Shown here: piece after piece, positions 18,667-28,160 of the stretch
How positions within the stretch are numbered: the stretch's first letter is position 1
Layout: every line of letters begins with the position of its first letter
From: Candidatus Moraniibacteriota bacterium
Lineage (GTDB): Bacteria > Patescibacteriota > Minisyncoccia > Moranbacterales > UBA1568
Reading direction: 5' to 3'
Assembly (NCBI GenBank): GCA_016699425.1
Contig: CP064975.1
Span: 322,979-386,978 of the forward strand
DNA length: 64,000 bases
Translations under genes and position numbers: made by a program
The notes under the pieces: model-generated
Seen by the model: only the letters and a program-made list of their open reading frames with translations
Told to the model about the DNA's origin: nothing
Database searches by the model: none

Positions 18667-19608
18667 ATGGAACAGGGAAATACGGAGCATACGCCGGTCA
18701 TGCTCGCGCCAGTCCTCGATGTCCTGGCGCTCCGGCCGGGGATGAGAGTGGTGGACGCGACCTTGGGTGGTGGTGGGTATACTCGCGCGCTGCTTGAGGC
18801 AGTCGGACCGGACGGGCGAGTGATTGCTCTCGACTGGGATCAGGCAGCCATCGATCGTTTCCGAGCGGGTGCGCTGCAAGACGATGTTTTGAAGGCAGCA
18901 CTCGACACGGGTCGGCTCGTCCTCAGCCGAACATCGTATGCGACGATCGCTGACACACTCCTCGAAAACGACTGGGGGGGAGCGGATGCGATTGTGGCTG
19001 ATCTCGGTCTCTCGAGTGATCAACTGGCTGATCCAGCGCGTGGCATCAGTTTCCAAGTTGACGGTCCACTCGACATGCGACTCAACACCGCCGAGACGGT
19101 CGAAGCGCGGCATATCCTCAATCAATGGGATGAAGAGGCATTGGCTGATCTCTTTCGAACCTACGGCGATGAGCCAGAGGCAAAACGGATTGCGACAGCT
19201 GTCGTGCAGTCTCGGAAGCGTTCACCGCTCACGACGACGACGGAACTGCGAGAGCTCATCTGGGCGAATGTCGTGCCCGCTCGGCGGCGCGGCAAGCTCC
19301 ATCCCGCCACTCGCGTCTTCCAAGCCCTCCGCATTGCCGTCAACAGTGAACGCGCTCATCTCGAGCGCTTCCTCTCGGCACTCCCGGTTGTGCTCCGACC
19401 AGGCGGCCGGGCAGCGATTGTCTCCTTCCACTCTGGTGAAGACACACTCGTGAAACACCTGTTCCAAGCTGAAATTCAATCGGAAAACCCGCGACTCCTC
19501 TGGGTGACGAAAAAACCACTCGTCCCTATGGCCACGGAGATCCGGTCCAATCCGCGATCTCGGAGCGCCAAGCTCCGGGTCGTCGAACGAAGAAAACAAC
19601 AAAAATAA
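18667..19608 (+). CDS. rsmH: 16S rRNA (cytosine1402-N4)-methyltransferase
   Basis: VVDATLGGGGYTRALLE, DLGLSSDQL, HSGEDTLVK signature motifs. Confidence 0.9.
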   Translation: MEQGNTEHTPVMLAPVLDVLALRPGMRVVDATLGGGGYTRALLEAVGPDGRVIALDWDQAAIDRFRAGALQDDVLKAALDTGRLVLSRTSYATIADTLLENDWGGADAIVADLGLSSDQLADPARGISFQVDGPLDMRLNTAETVEARHILNQWDEEALADLFRTYGDEPEAKRIATAVVQSRKRSPLTTTTELRELIWANVVPARRRGKLHPATRVFQALRIAVNSERAHLERFLSALPVVLRPGGRAAIVSFHSGEDTLVKHLFQAEIQSENPRLLWVTKKPLVPMATEIRSNPRSRSAKLRVVERRKQQK

Positions 19609-19623
19609 AAAAGACAAGTTTGT

Positions 19624-19986
19624 ATGCGACCCACACCTCTCATCTCTCGCCGCACCCTCAACCATGTGTCGCCCGACCGGGTGAAACGCTATGAAGCACA
19701 CGCCGGTGCTGCGCATGTGGCGGTCGTGGTGCTTTTGTCACTCTCGCTCGTTTCGGCCGGCTTATACGTCTATGCCGTCAATCGGAGTGCTGTCCAGGGG
19801 TACGCGATCCGGACGCTTGAGAAAGAGGTGAAAGAACTGAAGAAAGCGAACGCAGAACTCCGTGTGCGTGAGGCTGAGGCGACATCGCTGACGCGTGTCG
19901 AGGCGGGGAGTGCTGACCTCCGGATGGAGAAGGCCGAGAACATTCCCGTTTTGACCACGCATTCCAACGCCGTTGCCATCCGCTGA
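19624..19986 (+). CDS. ftsL: FtsL/DivIC-like cell division protein
   Basis: 120 aa, single TM then coiled coil (EKEVKELKKANAELRVREAEA). Position between rsmH and ftsI. Confidence 0.5.
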   Translation: MRPTPLISRRTLNHVSPDRVKRYEAHAGAAHVAVVVLLSLSLVSAGLYVYAVNRSAVQGYAIRTLEKEVKELKKANAELRVREAEATSLTRVEAGSADLRMEKAENIPVLTTHSNAVAIR

Positions 19987-19998
19987 TACACCTCTCTT

Positions 19999-21765
19999 AT
20001 GTGCGCTGCCAGGCGAGCTTCCCGTCCGAAAACCGCCAGCTCGGCTCGTCCTGCTTCACACTGGAGACTCTATTTTTTTCGAGGAGCATTGTTCTTGGTG
20101 GGGATTGTGATCATCAGTCGGCTCTATGTGCTGCAGGTGGTCGGACGCGAGAAATGGGTCGCGATGGCCGAGGAACAACACCTGATCGCCCAGGCGCTTC
20201 GGGCCGAACGCGGCAGTATCGCGCTCCGGGACGGCGATAAGTCGTATCCGGTGGCCGTGAACCGCGAGTACAAATTAGCCTATGTCATCCCGAAGCTGGT
20301 CGATGATGTGGCCGGAACGGCCGTCGCCCTCTCAGCGGTCCTGGGTGTGGAGGAAGCGATGGTCCGGGAGCGTCTTTCGGATCGCGCTGATCCCTTTGAA
20401 ATAATAAAGAAGAAGATTTCTCCGGAGGAAGAAGCAAAACTTCAAGAACTTCACCTCAAGGGCGTAAATTTCCTCCCAGAGATATACCGGTACTACCCGT
20501 CCGGTGAGCTCGCGTCCAAAGTGATCGGTTTCGTCGGACCGAGTGATCTCGGAGAAATCGGCATCTATGGAGTCGAAGCGGGGTGGAACAGCGAATTACA
20601 TGGCAAGGACGGGGTGCTCTCTCAGGAACGCGACGCGGCGGGACGGTGGATCGCCCTGACTGATCGCGAACATGTCGAGCCAGAAGACGGGGAGAGCCTG
20701 GTCCTGACTATCGATCGAGTTGTACAATATGAAGTCGAGAAGATCTTGTCTGAGGCACGGGAAAAATTCAACGCGGATACCGCCTCGGCAATCGTACTGG
20801 AGCCGAAGACGGGGAAAATATTGGCCATGGCGAGCGTTCCGCAGTTCAATCCGAACGAATACGGCCAGACCGAAGACATCAGCCTCTTCATGAATCCGGT
20901 GATTAGCCTGCCCTATGAAGCGGGGTCGGTGATGAAGCCGAGCACGAGGGCCATCGGTATCGAAGAAGGCAAGGTCAGCCCCAAGACGGAGTTCGTCGAT
21001 ACGGGCGTCGTCCAGGAGGCTGGCTACAGTATCCAAAATGCGGAGGGCAAGGTCTATGGTCGGAGCAGCATGACGAGAGTTCTCGAGCAATCCATCAATA
21101 CGGGGGTCATGTATGTCGAGCGACTCGTCGGACACGCGGGGTTTCGGGATAGCCTCCGACGTTTCGGTTTCGGTGCGAAGACTGGTATCCGGCTGCCGGC
21201 TGAAAATTCAGGCAACTTGCGTAATCTCGACAATCTGAAATCGACGATTCAGTTCATGACAGCCTCGTTCGGACAGGGGATCACCGTGACACCTCTGCAA
21301 CTCGCTATGGCCTATGGTGTCCTCGCCAATGACGGCATCCTGATGAAACCAGAGATTGTTGATCGGACTATCAATCGTGAGGGCCAGGCTCAGGCAATCG
21401 AGCCAGAAGAAGTACGCCGAGTTCTCTCCCAAGACACCGCGCGGCAGATGGGGGAAATGCTCCGGAGTGTGGTCGTCAACGGTCATGGCAAACGGGCGGA
21501 TGTCCCGGGGTACCTCGTCGGTGGCAAGACGGGGACGGCTCAGGTCGCCAAATCGGGATCGAAGGGGTATGACGAAAACATCACCATCGGCTCCTTCGCT
21601 GGCTATGCACCGATCAATGATCCGCGCTTCGTCGTCGTCGTGAAGTTTGACAACCCCAAAGATGTGCAGTGGGCGGAATCGAGCGCTGCGCCGACCTTTG
21701 GTGCGATCATGCAGTTTCTCCTCTCCTATGCTAAAGTACCGACGACTGAAGTGATAAAGCAATGA
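19999..21765 (+). CDS. ftsI: Class B penicillin-binding protein (FtsI-type transpeptidase)
   Basis: N-terminal TM, PBP dimerisation domain, transpeptidase motifs (S-x-x-K region, KTGTA). Sits in the division/cell-wall cluster position. Confidence 0.85.
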   Translation: MCAARRASRPKTASSARPASHWRLYFFRGALFLVGIVIISRLYVLQVVGREKWVAMAEEQHLIAQALRAERGSIALRDGDKSYPVAVNREYKLAYVIPKLVDDVAGTAVALSAVLGVEEAMVRERLSDRADPFEIIKKKISPEEEAKLQELHLKGVNFLPEIYRYYPSGELASKVIGFVGPSDLGEIGIYGVEAGWNSELHGKDGVLSQERDAAGRWIALTDREHVEPEDGESLVLTIDRVVQYEVEKILSEAREKFNADTASAIVLEPKTGKILAMASVPQFNPNEYGQTEDISLFMNPVISLPYEAGSVMKPSTRAIGIEEGKVSPKTEFVDTGVVQEAGYSIQNAEGKVYGRSSMTRVLEQSINTGVMYVERLVGHAGFRDSLRRFGFGAKTGIRLPAENSGNLRNLDNLKSTIQFMTASFGQGITVTPLQLAMAYGVLANDGILMKPEIVDRTINREGQAQAIEPEEVRRVLSQDTARQMGEMLRSVVVNGHGKRADVPGYLVGGKTGTAQVAKSGSKGYDENITIGSFAGYAPINDPRFVVVVKFDNPKDVQWAESSAAPTFGAIMQFLLSYAKVPTTEVIKQ

Positions 21766-23093
21766 CCGTTATGACATACAGTACGCGCCTGAAAATGAAA
21801 CTCGCTGCCGGACTCGGGATGCTCGCCCGGATGGTGCTCCGTGCCCGCAAGCCGATCGTGGTCGGCATCACCGGTTCGGTGGGAAAAAGTTCGGCCAAAG
21901 AGGCGATCGCCCTCGTCCTGGCGAAGAACTACACTGTCCGGTATTCCCCGGGCAACTATAATAATGAGTTCGGACTCCCCGCAGCGATCCTTGGTATCCC
22001 GAGCCCGGGTCGGTCGCTGGCGCTTTGGATCGGATCCGTCCTCCATACCGTGGCGATCACCTGTCATCTCGAGTCTTATCCGGAGGTACTCGTTCTCGAG
22101 ATGGGTGTCGATCACCCCGGGGACATGGACTACCTTCTGGGGATTGTCCAGCCGGATATCGCGGTGCTGACCCGGATCGCGGAAAGCCATCTTGCAAATT
22201 TTGAGAGTCTCGCCCATATCGCCAAAGAAAAAGGCAAACTCATCGCCGCCCTGCCCGACGAAGGCTTTGCGGTGCTCAATGCCGATGATGAACGGGTCAT
22301 GCAGCAGAACGAACGGACCCACGGCAAGATCATTTCCTATGGCTTCAATCCGACGGCGACCCTGGTGGCGGATAATATCCGGCTGCTACAAGAAGGCGGC
22401 CGGATCGAAGGATTGTCTTTCAAGCTCAATTCAGGTGGGAAGAGTATCCCGGTCCGTCTCCCGTCGGTCATCGCGCGGCACCATCTGTCGGCGGTGCTGT
22501 CGGCCGCCGCGGTCGGTATGGCACTCCGGATGAATCTCGTCGATATCGCATCGGCTCTCACCGGATTCAAACCACTGCCGGGGCGAATGAGCCTCCTCTC
22601 GGGTGATGGTGACACCAGTATCATTGACGATACCTACAACGCTTCCCGGGTCTCGACAGAGGCCGCACTCGCGACGGTCCGTGAGATCATCGCACCTCGA
22701 AAGGTCGTCATCCTTGGCGATATGCTGGAAATCGGGCCGGAGTCGGATGAGGCGCATCGAGCACTCCGGGACGCCGTCATTGCGAGCGGTGCCACGGTCT
22801 TTGTCGGTGTTGGACAGCATATGCGTTTTCTTGCGGATGCCCTGCGTGGTACGAACTTCCCCGAAAAGGGCATCTTCCATTTTCCTGATCCCGCTACAGC
22901 TGCGGAACGGATCAGTGGACTGGTGCGGCCAAGCGACCTTATCTTGGTGAAGGGGTCTCAAGGGCTCCGGATGGAGTTCGTGACCACACAGCTCCTCGGG
23001 GAACGAGACCAGCGCGACCAATCTGCACTGCTCTGCCGTCAGTCAGCCGCTTGGCGGTCGACGCCGTTCACTCCTCCCGAGGAATGGCACTAG
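21762..23093 (+). CDS. murF: UDP-MurNAc-tripeptide--D-alanyl-D-alanine ligase
   Basis: GITGSVGKSSAKE P-loop and Mur ligase middle and C-terminal domains. 4-nt overlap with ftsI. Confidence 0.85.
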   Translation: MTVMTYSTRLKMKLAAGLGMLARMVLRARKPIVVGITGSVGKSSAKEAIALVLAKNYTVRYSPGNYNNEFGLPAAILGIPSPGRSLALWIGSVLHTVAITCHLESYPEVLVLEMGVDHPGDMDYLLGIVQPDIAVLTRIAESHLANFESLAHIAKEKGKLIAALPDEGFAVLNADDERVMQQNERTHGKIISYGFNPTATLVADNIRLLQEGGRIEGLSFKLNSGGKSIPVRLPSVIARHHLSAVLSAAAVGMALRMNLVDIASALTGFKPLPGRMSLLSGDGDTSIIDDTYNASRVSTEAALATVREIIAPRKVVILGDMLEIGPESDEAHRALRDAVIASGATVFVGVGQHMRFLADALRGTNFPEKGIFHFPDPATAAERISGLVRPSDLILVKGSQGLRMEFVTTQLLGERDQRDQSALLCRQSAAWRSTPFTPPEEWH

Positions 23094-23128
23094 CGTCTAT
23101 CGAGGGGGCGCTCGCCCTGGACAAGGAA

Positions 23129-23157
23129 TTGAATTTTCAGGATGCTTGGCATAAAAT
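23129..23157 (+). promoter_or_regulatory. Sigma70-like promoter TTGAAT-17-TAAAAT
   Basis: Upstream of the KH-domain gene. Confidence 0.4.
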
Positions 23158-23190
23158 AGAAGCGTAACCTTAACTCACTCTAGGACGTGT

Positions 23191-23580
23191 ATGACAGACG
23201 AAGCACGAGACAAGGAATTCATCGAGTACGTCGTGAAGATGCTGGTTGATAATCCAGACAGCGTGAAGGTGGATCGAAAAGTCGACGAAATGGGCGTGCT
23301 CATCACACTCGATGTCCATGCCGACGACATGGGGATGGTGATCGGGCGTGAGGGCATGACGGCCAAAGCACTCCGGACGCTCCTCCGAGTGATCGGCGCT
23401 CGTAATAGTGCGCGGGTCAATCTGAAGATTAATGAACCGGAAGGCGGTCAGCGGCATGAGCGGAAACGCGAAGAACCCGTCGAGGCACCAGTCAGTCCGA
23501 ACGAGCCGTTTGAGCACGTGGTCCAGCCGACCCCGGCCCCCCGCTCGCTCGAGGACGTGATGAATGACATCAAACTGTAG
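23191..23580 (+). CDS. KH-domain RNA-binding protein (KhpA/YlqC-like)
   Basis: MGMVIGREGMTAKALRTLLRV KH type II signature with an acidic/proline-rich tail. Confidence 0.6.
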   Translation: MTDEARDKEFIEYVVKMLVDNPDSVKVDRKVDEMGVLITLDVHADDMGMVIGREGMTAKALRTLLRVIGARNSARVNLKINEPEGGQRHERKREEPVEAPVSPNEPFEHVVQPTPAPRSLEDVMNDIKL

Positions 23581-23591
23581 GAAATAGAAAG

Positions 23592-23632
23592 GCGCCCGGA
23601 GATGAAACTCGGGTGCTTTTTCGTTTCCTGGA
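23592..23632 (+). terminator. Rho-independent terminator (GCGCCCGG...CUCGGGUGC + UUUUUCGUUU)
   Basis: Hairpin with G-U wobbles followed by a U-tract after the KH-domain gene. Confidence 0.5.
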
Positions 23633-23643
23633 GATAGGGTAGG

Positions 23644-24228
23644 ATGAAGGCAAATGATCTGATTATTCTTATGAATGTGACGAAAGCCGATATTGAAGGA
23701 TTACTTGTTGTTGAACCGGATATTTTTCGCGACGATCGGGGTTATTTCCTCGAATCCTATAATAGTGACCGCTACCGGGAAGCAGGAATCCCGGATGTGT
23801 TTGTTCAGGATAACGTGTCGGTTTCGAAAAAAGGTGTAATTCGTGGGCTACACTACCAGACGCCGCCCTTTGCCCAGGGAAAACTGGTTTCGGTGCTCCG
23901 CGGCCGCGTCTTGGATGTGGTAGTCGATATCCGGACTGGTTCGCCGACCTTTGGCCGGTACGTCGCGGTGGAACTCTCAGCCGAGAATCATCGTCAGTTC
24001 TGGATCCCGGCTGGATTCGCGCATGGCTTCATCGCGCTCGAGGACGATACGATCTTCACCTACAAGGTGACGAACGTCTATGACAAGGAATCCGACCGAG
24101 GTGTGCGTTGGAACGATCCAGCGCTCGGTATCGCGTGGCCAACTGAAGTTCCACCGATCGTTTCAGAGAAAGACACAAAACTCCCACTCCTCAAAGACAT
24201 CGCACAGGAGTTCGTATGGGAAAGCTAA
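23644..24228 (+). CDS. rfbC: dTDP-4-dehydrorhamnose 3,5-epimerase
   Basis: RmlC cupin motifs (RGLHYQ, FWIPAGFAHGF). Confidence 0.9.
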   Translation: MKANDLIILMNVTKADIEGLLVVEPDIFRDDRGYFLESYNSDRYREAGIPDVFVQDNVSVSKKGVIRGLHYQTPPFAQGKLVSVLRGRVLDVVVDIRTGSPTFGRYVAVELSAENHRQFWIPAGFAHGFIALEDDTIFTYKVTNVYDKESDRGVRWNDPALGIAWPTEVPPIVSEKDTKLPLLKDIAQEFVWES

Positions 24229-24250
24229 GAAGCTAACGAAGCTGCAAGCT

Positions 24251-25255
24251 ATGAAGCTATTAGTCACTGGCGGGGCGGGATTTATCGGCTCCAACTTCAT
24301 TCACCATATCCTCGATACCTATCCTGGGGACAGTGTCGTCAATCTCGACCTGCTCACATATGCGGGCAACCTGGAAAACGTCGCGAAGTATACTGATGAC
24401 CCGCGACACAGTTTCGTGAAAGGTGATATCGCGGATGCTTCACTTGTCGATCCGCTCGTGGCGGAGTGCGATGCAATTGTCCACTTCGCCGCTGAGAGTC
24501 ATGTCGATCGCTCTATCCTCGGGCCTGAGGCGTTCGTCCAGACCAATGTGATGGGTACGTTCACGCTCCTTGAAGCCGCTCGGAAATACGGGAAACGCTT
24601 CCATCATGTCTCGACCGATGAGGTGTTCGGCGCGCTTGCTCCGACGGATCCCGCCTTTGACGAATCTACACCATACGATCCGAGGAGTCCCTATAGCGCA
24701 AGCAAGGCGGGGAGTGATCATCTCGTTCGGTCGTACTTCCATACGTTTGGGTTGCCGATCACCATCTCCAACTGTTCGAACAATTATGGGCCGTATCACT
24801 TCCCCGAAAAACTCATCCCGCTTGCGATCACGAACCTGCTCGAAGGGAAATCCGTGCCGGTGTATGGCGACGGCGGCCAAGTGCGCGACTGGCTCTACGT
24901 GGAGGATCACTGCCGGGCGATCGATCTCGTGCTCCGGCGGGGGAAGATCGGCGAGACATACTGTGTGGGAGGAAACGGTGAAAAGGAAAATCTCTGGATC
25001 GTGAAAAAACTGCTGGCACTTCTCGGCAAAGACGAGAGTCTGATCGAGTATGTGAAAGATCGTCCGGGTCATGATCGCCGCTACGCAATCAATTTCAACA
25101 AAATCAATAACGAGCTTGGTTGGGAGCCGACAGTGACCCTCGAAGTTGGTCTCGCTAAAACCGTCGCCTGGTTCCAGGAGAACGAAGTCTGGTGGCAGAA
25201 CGTAAAATCTGGCGAGTATCAGAAATATTATTCTGAGCAATACGAAAAACGATAA
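24251..25255 (+). CDS. rfbB: dTDP-glucose 4,6-dehydratase
   Basis: MKLLVTGGAGFIGSNF Rossmann motif, YSASKAGSDHL catalytic YxxxK. Start at ORF residue 58. Confidence 0.9.
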   Translation: MKLLVTGGAGFIGSNFIHHILDTYPGDSVVNLDLLTYAGNLENVAKYTDDPRHSFVKGDIADASLVDPLVAECDAIVHFAAESHVDRSILGPEAFVQTNVMGTFTLLEAARKYGKRFHHVSTDEVFGALAPTDPAFDESTPYDPRSPYSASKAGSDHLVRSYFHTFGLPITISNCSNNYGPYHFPEKLIPLAITNLLEGKSVPVYGDGGQVRDWLYVEDHCRAIDLVLRRGKIGETYCVGGNGEKENLWIVKKLLALLGKDESLIEYVKDRPGHDRRYAINFNKINNELGWEPTVTLEVGLAKTVAWFQENEVWWQNVKSGEYQKYYSEQYEKR

Positions 25256-25274
25256 TTGATGTTTATTCCCACCT

Positions 25275-25607
25275 ATGACCCTCGAAGATTTTCAAAAATT
25301 CATCGATGAACAGGACGAATTACTCCGAGTGATGAAGGGTGCGGATTACAGTGAGCGCGAGCGAGTTTTCGCTCGGACGATCAAGCTCGGCGAGGAGTAT
25401 GGCGAGTTGTGCGATGCTGTGCTAGCTTCAGTCGGCGATCAGCGGAAGGGCAAGCTCGCGGAGGGGAAAGCGAGCAACCTCGAAGGGGAATTTGCGGATG
25501 TGCTGATCGTTACGTTTCTGTTAGCCAAAGTCATGAATGTCGACGTCATGCCGGCGCTCGACCACAAAGTACAAAAGATCCGTGAGAAACACAACAAAGA
25601 ACTATGA
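25275..25607 (+). CDS. MazG-like nucleoside triphosphate pyrophosphohydrolase domain protein
   Basis: 110 aa all-alpha fold. EEYGELCDAV...EGEFADVLIV matches the MazG EExxE...E/D metal-binding helices. Confidence 0.6.
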   Translation: MTLEDFQKFIDEQDELLRVMKGADYSERERVFARTIKLGEEYGELCDAVLASVGDQRKGKLAEGKASNLEGEFADVLIVTFLLAKVMNVDVMPALDHKVQKIREKHNKEL

Positions 25608-26257
25608 ACATCACGAAATTCGGGCATTGTTGCTTGCTTGTCGAAGTGAAGGGTATGCGGATACTGACCGATCCGGGGAGGTACAACGTGACGCCGGAGG
25701 TAGAGGGAGTGGATGTGATTCTCATTACGCACGAGCACAGGGACCACTGTCATGTCGAGAGTCTTCAGGCGATCCTCGCCAAGAATCCAAACGCGCAAGT
25801 CATCTCGCATGTGGGTGTTGGAAAGATCCTGGATGGGGCAGGCATTGCTTATTCGCTTATCGCTCCTGGCGAAGAACGGGTGATCAAGGGTGTTTCGATC
25901 GAGAGCCTCGGTACCGAACATGCTTGCATCCATCACGATTTGCCGCCGGTGCAGAACACGGGATTTTTGATCGATAAGACACTCTTCTATCCGGGGGATT
26001 CATTCCATAACCCCGGACGGGATATCGCACTTTTGGCCTTACCTGTTTCTGCACCGTGGATGAGGATCGAAGAAGCGATCGAATATGCCAAGGCGATCAA
26101 GCCGAAAGCGGTCTTTCCGGTACACGACGGCATGCTGCGGCAGGGTATAGAGCTTGGTCCGACGCGCCGCGTCCCGATCATGTTTCTCAAGCCGCTCGGG
26201 ATCAAATATGTCGATATGACCGAAGGCTCAGTGCAGGATTTCACTCCTTTCCTGTGA
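25604..26257 (+). CDS. MBL-fold metallo-hydrolase
   Basis: ILITHEHRDHCH (HxHxDH) metallo-beta-lactamase motif. Confidence 0.7.
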   Translation: MNITKFGHCCLLVEVKGMRILTDPGRYNVTPEVEGVDVILITHEHRDHCHVESLQAILAKNPNAQVISHVGVGKILDGAGIAYSLIAPGEERVIKGVSIESLGTEHACIHHDLPPVQNTGFLIDKTLFYPGDSFHNPGRDIALLALPVSAPWMRIEEAIEYAKAIKPKAVFPVHDGMLRQGIELGPTRRVPIMFLKPLGIKYVDMTEGSVQDFTPFL

Positions 26258-26356
26258 GTAAGTAATTGTCCAATATCTTACCCAAGCTCATTCTTTTGTC
26301 TTTATCTGCTATACATCTTTTTACGACCGTTATGAGATGTGTAGGAGCGCAGGGAT

Positions 26357-27028
26357 GTGAAACATATGGGAAAGGACTACAAAATTATTTTCTTCGATTG
26401 GTATAAAACGCTGAGTCATTGTGACTTCTGGGTTCAGCTGAAAGATCCTGTCCATGACAGGCATCATTGGCATGAAAACATAGTGCATTTCTTGTTTGTT
26501 GAGAATAAGGAACTGATTCAACAGTGGATGAGAGGACGGGTAGATGAAGGGGACATGCTCCGGCTCGTTTCAGAAAAATTCAGCTATCCAGTAGAATCGC
26601 TGCGGGAAGATTTGGCCGAAAGCTGCCGTACCATGACACTTCTCTCGGAAGCAATACTCCCACTGGTAAAGGGGCTTCGAGAAAAAGGCGTCAGGTGTGT
26701 TATCGCCACGGACAATATGGATGTTTTCGGAAAATACGTGGTTCCTGCATTGAAGCTCGACGAACACTTTGACGACGTTCTCGTTTCTTTTGATCAGAAG
26801 GCATTGAAATTCGATGTCTCACAAGATGGGGGCTCGATTCCTTTTTTTCACGAATACCTTGAGAAAAACAGACTTACCTACAGGGATGCCCTTCTCCTTG
26901 ATGATCGGGCAGACGAAAGCGGAACGTATGAAAAATTAGGCTTTGATACTTTCCAAGCGGAAGATACTGAAGGTCTCGTAAACAAGTTGAAGGAGTTGGT
27001 GGCGGAAAAACAGATAAGAACAACATGA
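26357..27028 (+). CDS. HAD-superfamily-like protein with degenerate motif I
   Basis: KIIFFDWYKTLS is a HAD motif I in which the second Asp is Tyr. ATDNMD... resembles motif III/IV. Noticeably more AT-rich than its neighbours. Confidence 0.4.
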   Translation: MKHMGKDYKIIFFDWYKTLSHCDFWVQLKDPVHDRHHWHENIVHFLFVENKELIQQWMRGRVDEGDMLRLVSEKFSYPVESLREDLAESCRTMTLLSEAILPLVKGLREKGVRCVIATDNMDVFGKYVVPALKLDEHFDDVLVSFDQKALKFDVSQDGGSIPFFHEYLEKNRLTYRDALLLDDRADESGTYEKLGFDTFQAEDTEGLVNKLKELVAEKQIRTT

Positions 27029-27486
27029 AAAAAGAACCGAAGTTCAGACCGAAGCCGGGGCAGGTGGATTTTACTGGCATACGATACTGTCCAGTGATTA
27101 ACTGCGTGGTGAAATACGGCCGTAAGATTTTGGTCGTACAGCGAAGCAGCGGCATGCGGCTGTATCCGGGATACTGGAACGGTGTCTCCGGGTTCTTGGA
27201 TGACCAGAGGAGTCTGGAGGAAAAAGTGCGAGACGAACTCGGAGAGGAACTGGGAATACGGAAAAAGAATATCCTGGCGATTCGTTTGGGGCAGATCTTT
27301 CATCAGGAGGCACCCAAGTATCAGAAGACATGGATCGTGCACCCGGTCCTGGTGACTGTCGATACCGATGTGGTGACGCTCGATTGGGAAGCACAGAACT
27401 ATCGATGGCTGATGCTCAAAGACGTGAAGCAGCTCAAGCTTCTGCCGGGATTTGATAGAGTGCTTGGTTCATTTTTCAACAAGTAA
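27025..27486 (+). CDS. NUDIX-family hydrolase (divergent Nudix box)
   Basis: GFLDDQRSLEEKVRDELGEELGI Nudix-box-like segment. 4-nt overlap with the upstream gene. AT-richer. Confidence 0.55.
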   Translation: MKKEPKFRPKPGQVDFTGIRYCPVINCVVKYGRKILVVQRSSGMRLYPGYWNGVSGFLDDQRSLEEKVRDELGEELGIRKKNILAIRLGQIFHQEAPKYQKTWIVHPVLVTVDTDVVTLDWEAQNYRWLMLKDVKQLKLLPGFDRVLGSFFNK

Positions 27487-27510
27487 TGTCTATGAGTATA
27501 TACGTACGTC

Positions 27511-28083
27511 TTGATAGGTGTGGTTTCGGGGTTGGTGCAAATAGCTTCGGCCGTACCCTATATTCGCAGTATCTTGCGACGTGAAACGAAACCGAATATC
27601 GTCTCTCAGGCTCTCTGGACAGTGATTCAGACCATCGCGATCATTGCTCAGCTGCAATCCGGTTGGTCTTGGTCAGTCGTTATCCTCGTGGCGACCACCA
27701 TCAATACGCTCACTTTTACGATTCTTTGCCTCAAGGGATATGGGTACAAGGGATATGGTTGGATAGATGGGGTATGTTTGTTCGGGGCGATCGGGGCATT
27801 GCTCGCGTGGAGAGTGACGGGCGAACCAGTGACCGCTCTCGTTATAGCGGTGTGCGTCAATATTTTCGCTTCCCTTCCGACCATCGTGAAAGTGTTCAGG
27901 TATCCTGAAACGGAAAATGCGACAGCCTGGCTCATGATGAGTGTGGCCAGCATCCTGAGTATTTTCTCCGTGACTAGTGTCAGTGTAGCGAATCTGGTTT
28001 TTCCGGTAGAGTTCTTTATCGAGAGCACCCTTATAGGCGGTCTCGCTCTGCTGGGGAGAAAAAAATTATTACAGCAAGGATAA
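27511..28083 (+). CDS. Polytopic membrane protein, unknown function (apparent TTG start)
   Basis: About 6 predicted TM helices. No in-frame ATG near the 5' end, so the ORF-track Met corresponds to a TTG codon. AT-richer. Confidence 0.4.
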   Translation: MIGVVSGLVQIASAVPYIRSILRRETKPNIVSQALWTVIQTIAIIAQLQSGWSWSVVILVATTINTLTFTILCLKGYGYKGYGWIDGVCLFGAIGALLAWRVTGEPVTALVIAVCVNIFASLPTIVKVFRYPETENATAWLMMSVASILSIFSVTSVSVANLVFPVEFFIESTLIGGLALLGRKKLLQQG

Positions 28084-28160
28084 TCCTTTCTCAAGGAAAA
28101 CGATGGAAACAAGGGATGTTCTTTCCTGAGGAGGGTGGTTTGCTATACTAAACATATTCT

